The position numbers and the translations under genes were made by a program. Positions 41,561 through 60,418 of a stretch of 64,000 nucleotides of DNA are shown here, piece after piece (position 1 is the first letter of the stretch; the number at the start of each line of letters is the position of its first letter). The notes beneath the pieces are model-generated. The model ran no database searches, was not told the DNA's origin, and saw only the letters and a program-made list of their open reading frames with translations. Source of the DNA: the human T2T-CHM13v2.0 reference genome, Homo sapiens; the NCBI RefSeq assembly GCF_009914755.1, contig NC_060930.1, one strand, 5' to 3'.

Positions 41561-41671
41561 AGTACCTTTTCCAGGATAAATGGTGCCAGCACTATTTATT
41601 GAATGAGGTGTATCAGCAAACACTTAACTAAGTGAGATGACCCTGAGTAAATTTATCAGGAACTTGAAGAC

Positions 41672-44600
41672 ATTTTTTATACATATATCTATATGTATAC
41701 ACACACACACACATAAAACATATCATATATATGTTATTAATAGTTTTGGAGTACAAGCGATTTTTGGTTTCATGGATTAATTGTATAGTGTGAAGTCTGA
41801 AATCTTATTGCACCCATCACCTAAATAGTGTACATTGTATCCAATATGTAGTTTTTTTATCCCTCACTTCCCTCCCATCCTGACCCCCTCTGAATCTCCA
41901 ATGTCCATTATACCATTCTGTATGCCTTGGTGTACCCACAGCTTAGCTCCCAATTATAGGTGAGAACATACACTATTTGATTTTCCATTCCTTATTTACG
42001 TCACTTAGAATAATGCCCTCCAGCTCCAACAAAGTTGCTGCAAAAGACATTATTGCAGTCTTTTCATGGCTTAGTAGTACTCCATGGTGAATATATATAC
42101 CACATTTTATTTATCCACTCATTTGTTGATGGGCATTTAGCTTGGTTTCATATTTTTGCAAACATAAATTGTGCTTCCATGAACATTTGTGTGCAGGTGT
42201 CTTTTTAATATAATTACTCATTTTCCTTTGGGTAGATACCCAGTAGTGGGATTGCTGGATAGAATGGTAGATCTACTTTTGGTTCTCTGAGATAACCCGA
42301 AGTCCATACTGTTTTCCATACAGGTTGTACTAATTTACATTCCCACCAGTAGTGTGTAAGTGTTCCCTTTTCACCACATTCATACCAACATCTATTGTTT
42401 TTTGATTTTTTAATAATGATTATTCTGACTGGGGTAAGATAGTAACTTATTGTGGTTTAATTTGCATTTCACTGGAGATTAGTAATTTTGAGCATTTTTT
42501 TCATAAGTTTGTTGGCCATTTGTATATCTTCTTTTGAGAATTGTCTATTCATATCATTTTCCCACTTTTTGATGGATTATTTTTCTTGCTAATTTGTTTG
42601 ATTGTCTTATAGATTCTGGATATCAGTCTTTTGCCAAATGCATAATTTGCAAATATTTTCTCCCAATTTGTAGGTTGTTTGTTTACTGTGATGATTATTT
42701 CTTTTGTTGTACTGAAGATTTTTTTTAATTAGGTCCCATTTATTTATTTTTGTTTTTGTTGCATTTGCGTTTGGGGTCTTAGTCATAAATTCTTTGCCTG
42801 GACCAATGTCCAGAAGAATTTTTCCTATGTTTTATTCTAGAATTTTTATGGTTTCAGGTCTTATTTAAGTCTTTAATCCATCTGGAGTTAATTTTTGTAT
42901 ATGGCGAGAAATAGGGATCCAGTTTCATTCTTTTATGTATGGCTATCCAGTTTTGCCAGCACTATTTATTGAATGAGGTGTCATTTCCCCAGCTTATGTT
43001 TTTGTACAATTTGTCAAAAATCAGTTCGTTGTGAGTATCTGGCTTCATTTCTAGATTCTCCATTCTGTTCCACTGATCTATCTGTCTATTTTTATACCAG
43101 TACTATGCTGCCTCTAGCTTTATGGTTTTTTGGTAGATGTTGTTTGTTTTGTTTTTGTTTTTGTTTTTGCTTTTTGCTTAGGACAGCTGTGGCTATTTAG
43201 GCTCTTTTTTGGTTTCATATGAATTTTAGGATTGTGTTTTCTAATTCTGTAAAAAATGACTTTGGGATCATTGTCAGAATTGCATTTAATCTGTAGATTG
43301 CTTTGGGCAGTATGGTCATGTTAGTAATATTGATTCTTCCATTCATGAACATGGGATATATTTCCATTTTTGTGTGTTATCTGTGATTTCTTTCAGCATT
43401 GTTTTGTAGATCTTCTTGTAGCGGTCTTTCACCTCCTTGGTTAAGTATATTCTTAGGTATTTTATTTTATTTTGCAGCTATAGTAAAAAAGATTGATTTC
43501 TTGATTTGATTCTCAACTTGGTAGTTGCTGGTGTATAGCAGTGCTACTGATTTATATACATAGATACTGTAACCTGAGGCTTTACTGAATTCATTTATCA
43601 AATCTAGGAGTCTTCTGGAGGAGCTTTTAGGTTTTTCTAGGTATACAATCATATCATTGGCAAACAGAAATAGTTTGACTTCCTCTTCTACAATTTGAAT
43701 TCCTTTTATTTCTTTGTCTTCCCCGATTGCTCTGGCTAGGACTTCCAGTGCTGTGATGAATAGAAATGGTGAAAATGGGCATCCTTGTCTTGGTCCAGTT
43801 CCTGGGGGAATGCTTCCAACTTTTCCTCATTCAGTATGATGTTGGCTGTAGGTTTGTCATATATGGCTTTTATTATTTTGAGGTATGTTTCTTCTATACC
43901 TAGTTTGTTGAGGGTTGTTATCATAAAGGCATGCTAGATTTTGTTGAATTCCTTTTCTGCATCTATTGAGATGATTATGTGGTTTTTCTTTCTAATTCTG
44001 TTTATTAAGGGAATCATGTTTATTGATTTGCATATGTTGAACCATCCCTGAATCTCTAGGATGAAACCCACTTGGTCATGGTTAATTATCTTTTTGATGT
44101 GCTATTATATTAGGTTTTGCTAATATTTTGTTGAGAATTTTTGCATCTATGTTAGTCAAGGATATTGATCTGTAGTGGAGTTTTTTTTGGTTTTTGGTTT
44201 TTTTTTGTTGTTGTTGTTACATGCTTTCCTGGCTTTGATATCAGAGCAATACAAGTTTTATAGAATGAGTTAGGGAGGATCCTCTCTTTCTCAATCTTTT
44301 GGCATAGTTTCAGTAGGAGCAGTGGCAATTCTTCTTTGAATGTCTGGTAGAATGTGGCTGTGAATTCATCTGGCCCTGAGCTTTTTTTTGTTGGCATATT
44401 TTTATTACTAATTTAACGTCACTGCTTGTTATTGGCTTATTCAGGATTTCTATTTCTTCCTGATTTAACCTAGGAGGTTGTATGTTTCCAGGAATTTATC
44501 TATTACCTCTAGATTTTCTAGGTTGTGTGCATAAAGGTATCCATAATACTCTCAAATGGTCTTTTGTATTTCTATGGTGTTGGTTGTAATGCCTCCATTT

Positions 44601-45023
44601 TCATTTCTAAGTGAGCTTATTTGCATCTTTTCTTATCTTTTCTTGGTTAATCTAACTAATGGTCTACCACTTTTGTTTATCTTTTCAAAGAACCTACTTT
44701 TTATTTCATTGATCTTCTGTAATTTCTCGTTTCAATTTCATTTAGTTTTGCTCTGATCTTTGTTATTTATTTTCTTCTGCTAGCTTCAAGTTTGGTTTGT
44801 TCTTGTTTCTCTAGTTCCTTGAGGAGTGATATTAGGTTGTCAATTTGTGACCTTTCAGACTTTTTCATGTAGGTATTTAACACTATAAAATTCCCTCTTA
44901 GCACTGCTTTTGCCATATCCCAGAGGTCTTGATAACTTGTGTCACTATTATCATTTCTTTTAAAGAATTTTTAAATTTCCATCTTGATTTCATTGTTAAC
45001 CCCATAATCATTCAGGAGCAGGT
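41672..45023 (-). mobile_element. 5'-truncated L1PB (PB2/3-like), with its tail decayed to (TA/CA)n
   Basis: L1PB 3'UTR (gcacccatcacctaaatagtgtacattgta); ORF2 remnants ([36 protein letters not shown]). Confidence 0.9.
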
Positions 45024-46060
45024 TGGAGAAATGGTAGATTCTAGGACTGAGACAGAAAATATGCAAGATAATTCTGGAACATCTTGCAGTCCCAAAAGAA
45101 AAACGTGCTTTAAATAAATGAAAATAAATAAATAGACCTACTAGCATCACCAACAAAAAGATTCCGTAATGGTGGGGAATATTTCAAAGCAACACGGAAG
45201 CCAACTGAAAGATCTTCTAATATAAATAAATAACATGGCATTAGATTGTTACGCAAACATAAAATTAATATCCATGAGTCCGTACTGATATAAGTAAATG
45301 ATTGATTAAATAAATAAAAGGGGAGAATTGCAGTGCAGAAAATTTTTGAATAATTTGTGCAGATACTCTGCCCTCAAGGAAGTGGAACATAACTCCTCAC
45401 TCTTTTAAATGTGCTCTGTACCTCATGACTTTCCTTCTAAAGAGTCTAATATGTGTGGGGGCAGAGGAGAATAGTTTCACAGTGGAGAAACCTGACAAAC
45501 ACTACCTCAGCCACCTGACCAAAGTTCACCTCCACAGTAAGAAGTCATATGGGTAAAATGTATCCTTAATTTGATGTGATAAGAATGGCACTAAACCTCT
45601 ATGATGTTCCTCTCAAAACTCGTAACACCTGTCTAGTCATAAGAAAAATATCAGACAAATCCCAATTAAGGGAATTCTATAAAATAGAATCATTCTATAA
45701 AATATCTGACCAGTATTCCTCAAAAATGTCAGGGTTATCAAATGCAAGGGAAATCTGTGACACTGTCACAGCCAAGAGGAGCCTAAGAAGACATGATGAT
45801 GAAGCATAATATGGTATCCTGGATGGGATCCTGGAACAGAGAAAGAATATTAGATAAAACTAAGAAAATCTGAATAAATACGGACTTTAGTTCACAATAA
45901 TACATTCATTATGGTTCACTAATAGTGGCTCATTAGTCGTGACCAATGTACCATACTAGTAAAGATATTAATAAGAGGTGAAACTGGATATGGGGTATAG
46001 GGGAACTCTCTGCTGTCAGGCAATTTTTATATAAATTTAAGTCTATTCTAAAATTTACAA
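45024..46060 (+). mobile_element. L1MC (MC1-3-like) 3' end
   Basis: cagtggagaaacctgacaaacactacctcagcc; ggtatcctggatgggatcctggaacagagaaag. Confidence 0.8.
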
Positions 46061-47999
46061 AGAACCAAATTATTTTTTAGTTCTTTATATAATCCAACTA
46101 GTAGTAAATAGCTGTATCTCTCCCATTCCTAACCTAAAAACCAACAGGTTTTATTAAAATTATTTTATACATTCCCTTTGATGTATTTTTTAAATGTTTT
46201 TTTAATGTTTATAATTTTTTAAATGTTTAATCATAATATTCTCTTACATACTAATATAGGAATTCTCTACTTAATGTTGGTAAACATATTTTAATTTCTT
46301 ACTTCAAAAGTCATCCACAAAAAGGCAGTAAAAACGGGGAAAAAGATCTATCTTCATTCAAATGAATGTAGTCTTAACATTTTACAAGTGGAGCTCAATT
46401 TGAAAGCAGACCTGCTTGTCTCTTTGCTGCTCAATTATCAGGCCAAATTCTTCCCTGCCCCCTTGGATAAGAATGAAAATGAACCCATGGCTCTTCTAGT
46501 CATTCTCAGAGAATTACAAGTGTCTGATAACTTTAGGAAAGTGTAAAAACAAACTAATAATTTCTCCACCTCAATGTATTGAAAGCTCATCTTCATCCAA
46601 AGTTAAATTTTCTCCCTCTAGCAAACTCAAGCCAGCTGCAGGCAGGCATCTATAGTGGTAAAGGGTAAGCACCACTCCTTTCTATCTCTGCCTTGGCTTT
46701 TTCCCTCTTTCCTCTTCTTTCCATGTCTTCTGCCTGTAACGATCAGAGTAAAGATGACAGAAAATAAATGTCTAGGAAAGATATTACTGGATCAGTATTG
46801 TCTGGTGCAGCTACTCTCTGGTCCTGGCAAGCATCTAAAACCAACTCTTAATCCCAAACGGAACTTTCAGGAATCCAATTTTTAGTTACATTTCTGAAGG
46901 TCTTTTATCTATTACCTCCTTGATCAAACAAATGTATCTTGACTCCAGTTGTTAATGTCTCTCCTAGGCGCTGTCTACCCTGTGGTATCCTTCCAGTTCT
47001 TGCCACTAAGATCTCCTCACCTCATAGACAGCTGTCTTGAACTAGGTCTAAGAAAAGCTATCCTTGCCATCTCTCATTTATGGCCTGCATCTGGCCCATG
47101 GAGACACTCAGACATCACAGCTCCAATAAACTCTGGCAGCTTATGCTGTGCCATTGCAATTCTCTCATTCATTTGCCCTGCTCTCAGTGCACCCTGCCAG
47201 AATCCCTCACCCTTCAGATGTCATAAGATATGAGTCAAACACCAGTCCCCTGGTTGCTCAAAGTGCAGAGAATGTGAGAGGGCCTGCTGACTGCCCTTTC
47301 CCTAGGCTTGCAGAGGGATAGGTCCTCCCTTCTCATACTTATTGGGAGGAGTGGGGGCAAAACTCAGAATCACAGCACACTAACAATTCCCTCCACAAAT
47401 TCTCTCCTATCCATTATGCATTTTTTAATTGCTCTTTCTAAGTTTTTTAAAGGCTGATGTGGGTGGTTAGCTAAAAGTTGAAAAGTATTGGCTTTTGACA
47501 ACCACCTTGTTTGTGAGTCCTCCTAGTGATTATGTACATCATGTAGTAGTGTTCTAACATTTGTCTTAGGGTCTGGATGAGAACAGAAACTCAAATAGTT
47601 CCTTTTTGTGCACACTTTTATATAAAGTAGACAAACATAGCCACAAAGTACCAAGCAAACCTGCCAAACCCTATGGAATCTGGAACATAATAAAAAAGTT
47701 AAGAACTAACTTTCAGAGAGGGAATAGAATTTCCTAATTCTAAGTGGCACAATCCTAAAGAAGCCTAACCAATTGTCCTTTCATCAGAACAAGTACTAAA
47801 GGTGTGAGTTATCCAAGAAGAAAGGTGAATGTCTATGGAGAGATCCAGATTCACGCAAAAGAAAAGAGCAGAGGAAGAGAAACTGAAAAAGGAATTAGAC
47901 TATCAAACCATTTTAACTGTCCACAACCCAGCCTCCACATGAAGTCTTTTGTATTTTAATGAGCAACATAGAAGAAGCAAACCAAACATTAAAAGTGAT

Positions 48000-48250
48000 T
48001 ATAATAATTATGTCTAACACTTACAGCATTTTTATTATGTGCCTGATATTTTTCTAATTGAATTTACATGTATTAACTCTATTAATCCTCACATCAATCC
48101 AATGATGTGGGCATTGTTATCTCACACCTCCCTCCATTTGACAGCTGAGAAACTGAGTCACACAGATAGTCAGTTGCACAAGGTTATGCGACAAGCAATT
48201 GTTGGAGCTAAGATTTTAAATCAGGCAAGCAGTCCTGAAAACCATTCTTA
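48000..48250 (-). mobile_element. MIR
   Basis: ttaatcctcacatcaatcc ... ccatttgacagctgagaaactgag. Confidence 0.75.
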
Positions 48251-48263
48251 ATTAAGGTTTTGT

Positions 48264-49298
48264 GGTAGGCAGCCAAGATGGCCGAATACGAACAGCTCCA
48301 GTCTACAGCTCCCAGCGTGAGCGACGCAGAAGACAGGAGATTTCTGCATTTCCATCTAAGGTACTGGGTTTACCTCACTGGGAAGTGCCAGACAGTGGGC
48401 GCAGGACAGTGGGTGCAGTGCACCGTCCATGAGCCAAAGTAGGGCAAGGCATTGCCTCACTCAGGAAGTGCAAGGGATCAGGGAGTTCCCTTTTCTAGTC
48501 AAAGAAAGGGGTGACAGACAGCACCTGGAAAATCGGGTAACTCCCAACCTAATACTGTGCTTTTCCAATGGGCTTAAAAAATGGTGCACCAGGAGATTAT
48601 ATCCCTCACCTGGCTCAGAGGGTCCTACACCCATGGAGTCTCACTGATTGCTAGCACAGCAGTCTGAGATCAAACTGCAAGGTGGCAGTGAGGCTGGGGG
48701 AGGGGCACCCGCCATTGCCCAGGCTTGCTTAGGTAAACAAAGCAGCCCAGAAGCTTGAACTGGGTGGAGCCCACCACAGCTCAAGGAGGCCTGCCTGCCT
48801 CTGTAGGCTCCACCTCTGGGGGCAGGGCACAGACAAACAAAAAGACAGCAGTAACCTCTGCAGACTTAAATGTCCCTGTCTGACAGCTTAGAAGAGAACA
48901 GTGGTTCTCCCAGCATGCAGCTGGAGATCTGAGAATGGGGAGACTGCCGCCTCAAGTGGGTCCCTGACCCCTGACCCCCAAGCAGCCTAACTGGGAGGCA
49001 CCCCCCAGTAGGGGCAGACTGACACCTCACATGGCCGGGTACTCCTCTGAGACAAAACTTCCAGAGGAACGATCAGACAGCAGCATTCACAGTTCACAAA
49101 AATCCGCTGTTCTGCAGCCATCACTGTGGATACCCAGGCAAACAGGGTCTAGAGTGGACCTCCAGCAAACTCCAACAGACCTGCAGCTGAGGGTCCTGTC
49201 TGTTAGAAGGAAAACTAACAAACAGAAAGGACAACCACACCAAAAACCCATCTATACATCACCATCATCAAAGACCAAAAGTAGATAAAACCACAAAG
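48264..49298 (+). promoter_or_regulatory. L1 5'UTR internal sense/antisense promoter region with intact YY1 site
   Basis: caagatggccg at ~48274-48284; many CpGs decayed; activity not shown. Confidence 0.7.
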
Positions 49299-50310
49299 AT
49301 GGGGAAAAAACAGCAGAAAAACTGGAAACTCTAAAAAGCAGAGCGCATCTCCTCCAAAGGAACACAGTTCCTCACCAGCAATGGAATAAAGCTGGATGGA
49401 GAATGACTTTGACGAGTTGAGAGAAGAAGGCTTCAGATGATCAAACTACTCTGAGCTACAGGAGGAAATTCAAAGCAAAGGCAAAGAAGTTAAAAACTTT
49501 GAAAAAAATTTAGATGAATGTATAACTAGAATAACCAGTACAGAAAAGTGCTTAAAGGAGATGATGGAGCTCAAAGACAAGGCTTGAGAACGACATGAAG
49601 AATGCAGAAGCCTCAGGAGCTGATGTCATCAACTGGAAGAAAAGGTATCAGTGATGGAAGATGAAATGAATGAAATGAAGCGAGAATGGAAGTTTAGAGA
49701 AAAAAGAATAAAAAGAAATGAACAAAGCCTCCAAGAAATATGGGACTATGTGAAAAGACCAAATCTACGTCTGATTGGTGTAACTGAAAGTGACAGGGAG
49801 AATGGAACCAAGTTGGAAAACACTCTGCAAGATATTATCCAGGAGAACTGCCCCAATCTAGCAAGCCAGGCCAACATTCAGATTCAGGAAATACAGAGAA
49901 CGCCACAAAGATACTCTTCAAGAAGAGCAACTCCAAGACACGTAATTGTCAGATTCACCAAAGTTGAAATGAAGGAAAAAATGTTAAGGGCAGCCATAGA
50001 GAAAGGTCAGCTTAACCACAAAGGGAAGCCCATCAGACTAACAGCAGATCTCTCGGCAGAAACTCTACAAGCCAGAAGAGAGTGGGGGCCAATATTCAAC
50101 ATTCTTAAAGAAAAGAATTTTCAACCCAGAATTTCATATCCAGCCAAACTGAGCTTCATAAGTGAAGGAGAAATAAAATACTTTACAGACAAGAAAATGC
50201 TGAGAGATTTTGTCACCACCAGGCCTGCCCTAAGAGAGTTCCTGAAGGAAGGACTAAACATGGACAGGAACAACCAGTACCAGCCACTGCAAAATCATGC
50301 CAAAAAGTAA
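49299..50310 (+). pseudogene. L1 ORF1p pseudogene
   Basis: ATG at 49299 followed by an early frameshift and stops; C-terminal 219 aa open (REKRIKRNEQ...YPAKLSF). Confidence 0.92.
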
Positions 50311-50373
50311 AGACCATCAAGGCTAGGAAGAAACTGCATCAACTAATGAGCAAAATAACCAGCTAACATCATA

Positions 50374-54195
<3,822 letters not shown>

Positions 54196-54671
54196 ACAAT
54201 GAGAACACAGGGACACAGGAAGGGGAACATCACACTCTGGGCACTGTTGTGGGGTGAGGGGGGAGGGATAGCATTAGGAGATATACCTAATGCTAAATGA
54301 CGAGTTAATGGGTGCAGCACACCAGCATGGCCCATGTATACATATGTAACTAATCTGCACATTGTGCACATGTACCCTAAAACTTAAAGTATAATAATAA
54401 TAAAAGAAAAGAAAAAAGAAAAAAAGACTTTGTAATGTTATGCTTCTTTGAAATTGGAATAACTTGATTTCATTTGCATTTTAATTTTTGTAGTCTGTAT
54501 CATTAAAAAGTTAAGTAAACAAAATCTCCCAGTTTCAGGGAGTAGTTGTGGATGTTATGTCATAACTATGTACTCCTCAGAATTCAAAGATGTGTAAATA
54601 TAGCCTCTATTCTCACAGAACTTAAGTGTTCAATTAGGGAGCAGAAATGGATATTTCAAAAGGACAGATGA

Positions 54672-54715
54672 GGCCAGGCACAGTGGCTCTTCCCAGTATT
54701 CCCAGCACTTTGAGG
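54672..54715 (+). mobile_element. Alu/FLAM 5' stub (first ~44 nt)
   Basis: ggccaggcacagtggctc...cccagcactttgagg, then an abrupt switch to an L1 T-tail. Confidence 0.75.
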
Positions 54716-55130
54716 TTTTTTTGGTTTTTTTGTTTGTTTGTTTGTTTGTTTAATTATTATTATCTCAATAGGTTTTTGAAGAAGAGATGGTGTTTGGTTA
54801 CATGAATATGTTCTTTAGTAGTGATTTCTGAGATTTTGGTGCAACCATCACCCAAACCGTATACAATGTACCCTATTTGTAGTCTTTTATTCCTCACCCC
54901 GATCCCACCCTTTCTCCCAAGTCCCCAAAGTCCATTGTATCATTCTTAAGAACTTGTATCCTCATAGCTTAGCTCTCGCGTATGAGTGAGACATACAATG
55001 TTTGCTTTTCCATTCCTGAGTTACTTCACTTAGAATAATGGTCTCTAATGCCATCCAGGTTGCTGCAAATGCCATTATTTCATTCCTTTTTGTGACTGAG
55101 TAGTATTCCATGGTATATATACTACAATTT

Positions 55131-56939
<1,809 letters not shown>

Positions 56940-58613
56940 TATACCACAATTTCTTTATCCACTCTGATTAATGAGCATTAGGGTTAGTTCCATATTTTTG
57001 CAATTGCTCATTGCGGTGTTATAAAAATGAGTGTGCAAGTGTCTTTTTCATATAATGAATTCTTTTCCTCTGGGTAGATACCCAGTAGTGGGATTGCCAG
57101 TTCAAACAGTAGATCTACTTTCAGTTCTTTAAGGAATCTCCACGCTGTTTTCCACAGTGGTTGTATTAGTTTACATTCCCACCAGCAGTGCAAAAGTGTT
57201 CCCTTTCACTACATCCACACCAACATCTATTTTTTGTAATTTTTTTGATTATGGCCATTCTTGCTAGAGTAAGGTGGCTTTGCATTGTGGTGTCGATTTG
57301 CATTTTTGTGATCATTAGTGATGTTAAGCATTTTTTTCCTGTTTTTTGACCATTTGTATATCTTCTTTTGTGAATTGTCTATTCATTTCCTGAGCATACT
57401 TTTTGATGGGATTATTTGTTTTTGTGCTGGCTGATTAGTTTGAGTTCCTTGTAGATTCTAGATATTAGTCATTTGTCACATATATAGATTGTGAAGATTT
57501 TCTCCCACTCTATCAGTTGTCTGTTTACTCTCCTGATTATTTCTTTTGCTGTGCAGAAGCTTTTTAGGTTAGTTAAGTCCCATCTATTTATCTTTGTTTT
57601 TGTTGCATTTGCTTCTGGGTTCTTGGTCACAAAGTCTTTGCCTAAGCCCATGTCTAGAAGGATTTTTCCAATGTTATCTTCTATAATTTTTCAGGTCTTA
57701 GATTTAAGTCCTTGATCCATCTTGAGTTGATTTTTGTATAAAGTGAGAGATGAGGATCCAGTTATAGTCTTCTACATGTGGCTTGCCAATTACCCCAGCA
57801 CCATTTGTTGAATAGGGTGTCCTTTCCCCACTTTATGTTTTTGTTGAATGTCACTTGGCTGTAAGTATTTGGGTTTATTTCTGGGTTCTGTATTCTGTTT
57901 CATTGGTCTATGTGCCTACTTTTATGCCAGTACCATGCTGTTGGGTGACTGTAGCCTTATAGCATAGTTTGAAGTCAGGTAATGTGATGCCTCCAGATTT
58001 GTTATTTTTGCTTAGTCTTGCTTTGGCTACGCAGGCTCTTTTTTGGTTCCATATGAATTTTTAGGAATTTTTATCTGGTCCTGTGAAGAATGATAGTGGT
58101 ATTTTGGTGGGAATTGCATTGAATCTGTAAAGTGCTTTTGACAGTATGGTCATTTTCACAATATTGATTCTACCCATCCATGAGCATGAGATGTGTTTCT
58201 ATTTGTTTGTGTCATCTATGATTTCTTTCAGCAGTATTTTATAGTTTTCCTTGTAGAGGTTTTTCACATCCTTGGTTAGGTATATTCCTAAATATGTAAT
58301 TTATTTTATGTTTATTTTATTTTATTTGCAGCTATTGTAAAAGTGGTTTACTTCTTGATTTGGTTCTCATCTTGGTCACTGTTGTTTTATAGAAGAGATA
58401 CTGATTTGTGTACATTAATTTTGTATCCTGAAATTTTGTTGAATTCATTTATCAGTTTTAGGAGCTTTTTGGATGAATCTTTAGGGTTTTCTAGGTATAC
58501 AATCAAATCATCAGCAAAGAGCAACAGTTTGACTTCTTCTTTACTGATTTAGATGCCCTTTATTTATTTCTCTTGTCTGATTGCTCTGGCTAGGATTTCT
58601 AGTACTGTGTTCA

Positions 58614-58721
<108 letters not shown>

Positions 58722-59694
58722 TTATATTACCTTAAGGTATGTCCCTTCAGTGCTGATTTTGCCGAGGGTTTTAATCATAAGTGGATGTTGGATTTTGTTA
58801 AATGCTCTTCTGCATCTATTGAGATAATCATGTGATTTTTTAAAAATTCTGTTTATGTGGTGTATCACACTTATTAACTTGAGTACTTTAAACTGTCCCT
58901 GCATCCCTGGTATGAAACCCACTTGATCATGGTGGATTATCTTTTTGATATGCTGCTGGATTCAATTTGCTAGTATTTTGTTGAGGATTTTTGAGTCTAT
59001 GTTTATCAGGGATATTGGTCTATAGTTTTTTGTTGTTATGTCTTTTCTTGGTTTTGGTATTATGGTGATGTTGGCTTAATAGAATGATTTAGGGAGGAGT
59101 CCCTTTTTCTCTATCTTTTGGAATAGTGTCAATAGGATTGGTACAAATTTTTCTTTGAATGTCTGATAAAATTAAACTGTGGCTCCATCTGGTTCTGGAC
59201 TTTTTTTTTTTTGGCAATTTTAAAATTACAACTTCAATCTTGCTGTTTGTTATTAGTCTGTTCAGAGCTTCTATTTCTTCCTGGTTTAATCCAGGGGAGT
59301 TGCATATTTTCAGGAATTTATCCATTTCCTCTAGATTTTCTAGTTTATGCATGTGAAGGTGTTCATAGTATCGTTGAATGATCTTTTGTATTTCTGTGAT
59401 ATCAGTTGTAATATCTCCCTTTTTGTTTTTAATTGAGCTTATTTGGATCTTTTCTCTTCTTATCTTGGTTAACCTCACTAATGGTCTATCAATTTTATTT
59501 ATCTTTTCAAAGAACCAACTTTATGTTTCATTCATGTCTTGTCTTATTTATTTATATATTTATTTATTATTGCTTTCAATTTCATTTAGTTGTGCTCTGA
59601 TCTTTCTTATTTCTTTTCTTCTATTGGACGTGGGTTTGATTCATTCATGTTTTGTAGTTCCTTGAGATTTGACCTTAGATTGCCAATTTTGCTC

Positions 59695-60074
59695 TTTCAT
59701 ACTTTTTGATGTAGGCATTTAAGGCTATTAACTTTCCTCTTAGCACAGTCTTTGCTGTATTCCAGGGGTTTTGATAGGTTGTGTCACTATTATCATTCAA
59801 TTCAAAGAGTTATTTAATTGCCATCTTAATTTCATTGTTCACCCAACAATCATTCAGTAGCAGGTTATTTAATTTCCATGTATTTTCAGACTTTTTGATA
59901 TACACATTTAAGGCTATGAACACTTTCCTCTTAACACAGTCTTTGCTGTATCCCAGAGGTTTTCATAGGTTGTGTCACTATTATCATTCAGTTCAAAGAA
60001 TTATTTAATTTCCATCTTAATTTCATTGTTCACCCAGCAATCATTCAGGAGCAGGTTATTTAATTTTCACGTAT
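59695..60074. repeat. ~190-bp tandem duplication inside L1PB1 ORF2
   Basis: 59695-59883 repeated at 59884-60074 with scattered mismatches. Confidence 0.9.
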
Positions 60075-60418
60075 TTTCCTGGTTCCTTTTGGAGTTGATT
60101 TCCAATTTTATTCCACCGTAGTCTGAGAGAGTACTTGAAATAATTTTCATTTTCTTAAATTTGAGATGTTTTGTGGCCTGTCATATGGTCTATCTTGGAG
60201 ACTGTTCCATGTGCTGATGAATAGAATGTATCTTCTGCAGGTATTAGGCAGAATATTCTGTAAATATCCATTAAATCCATTTGTTCTAGAGTATAGTTTA
60301 AATCAATTGTGTCTTTGTTGACTTTCTGTCTTGATGACCTGTCTAGTGCTGTCAGTGGAGTATTGAATTCCACCCCCCACTAGTATTGTGTTCTTGTCCA
60401 TCTTATTTCTTAGGTCTA

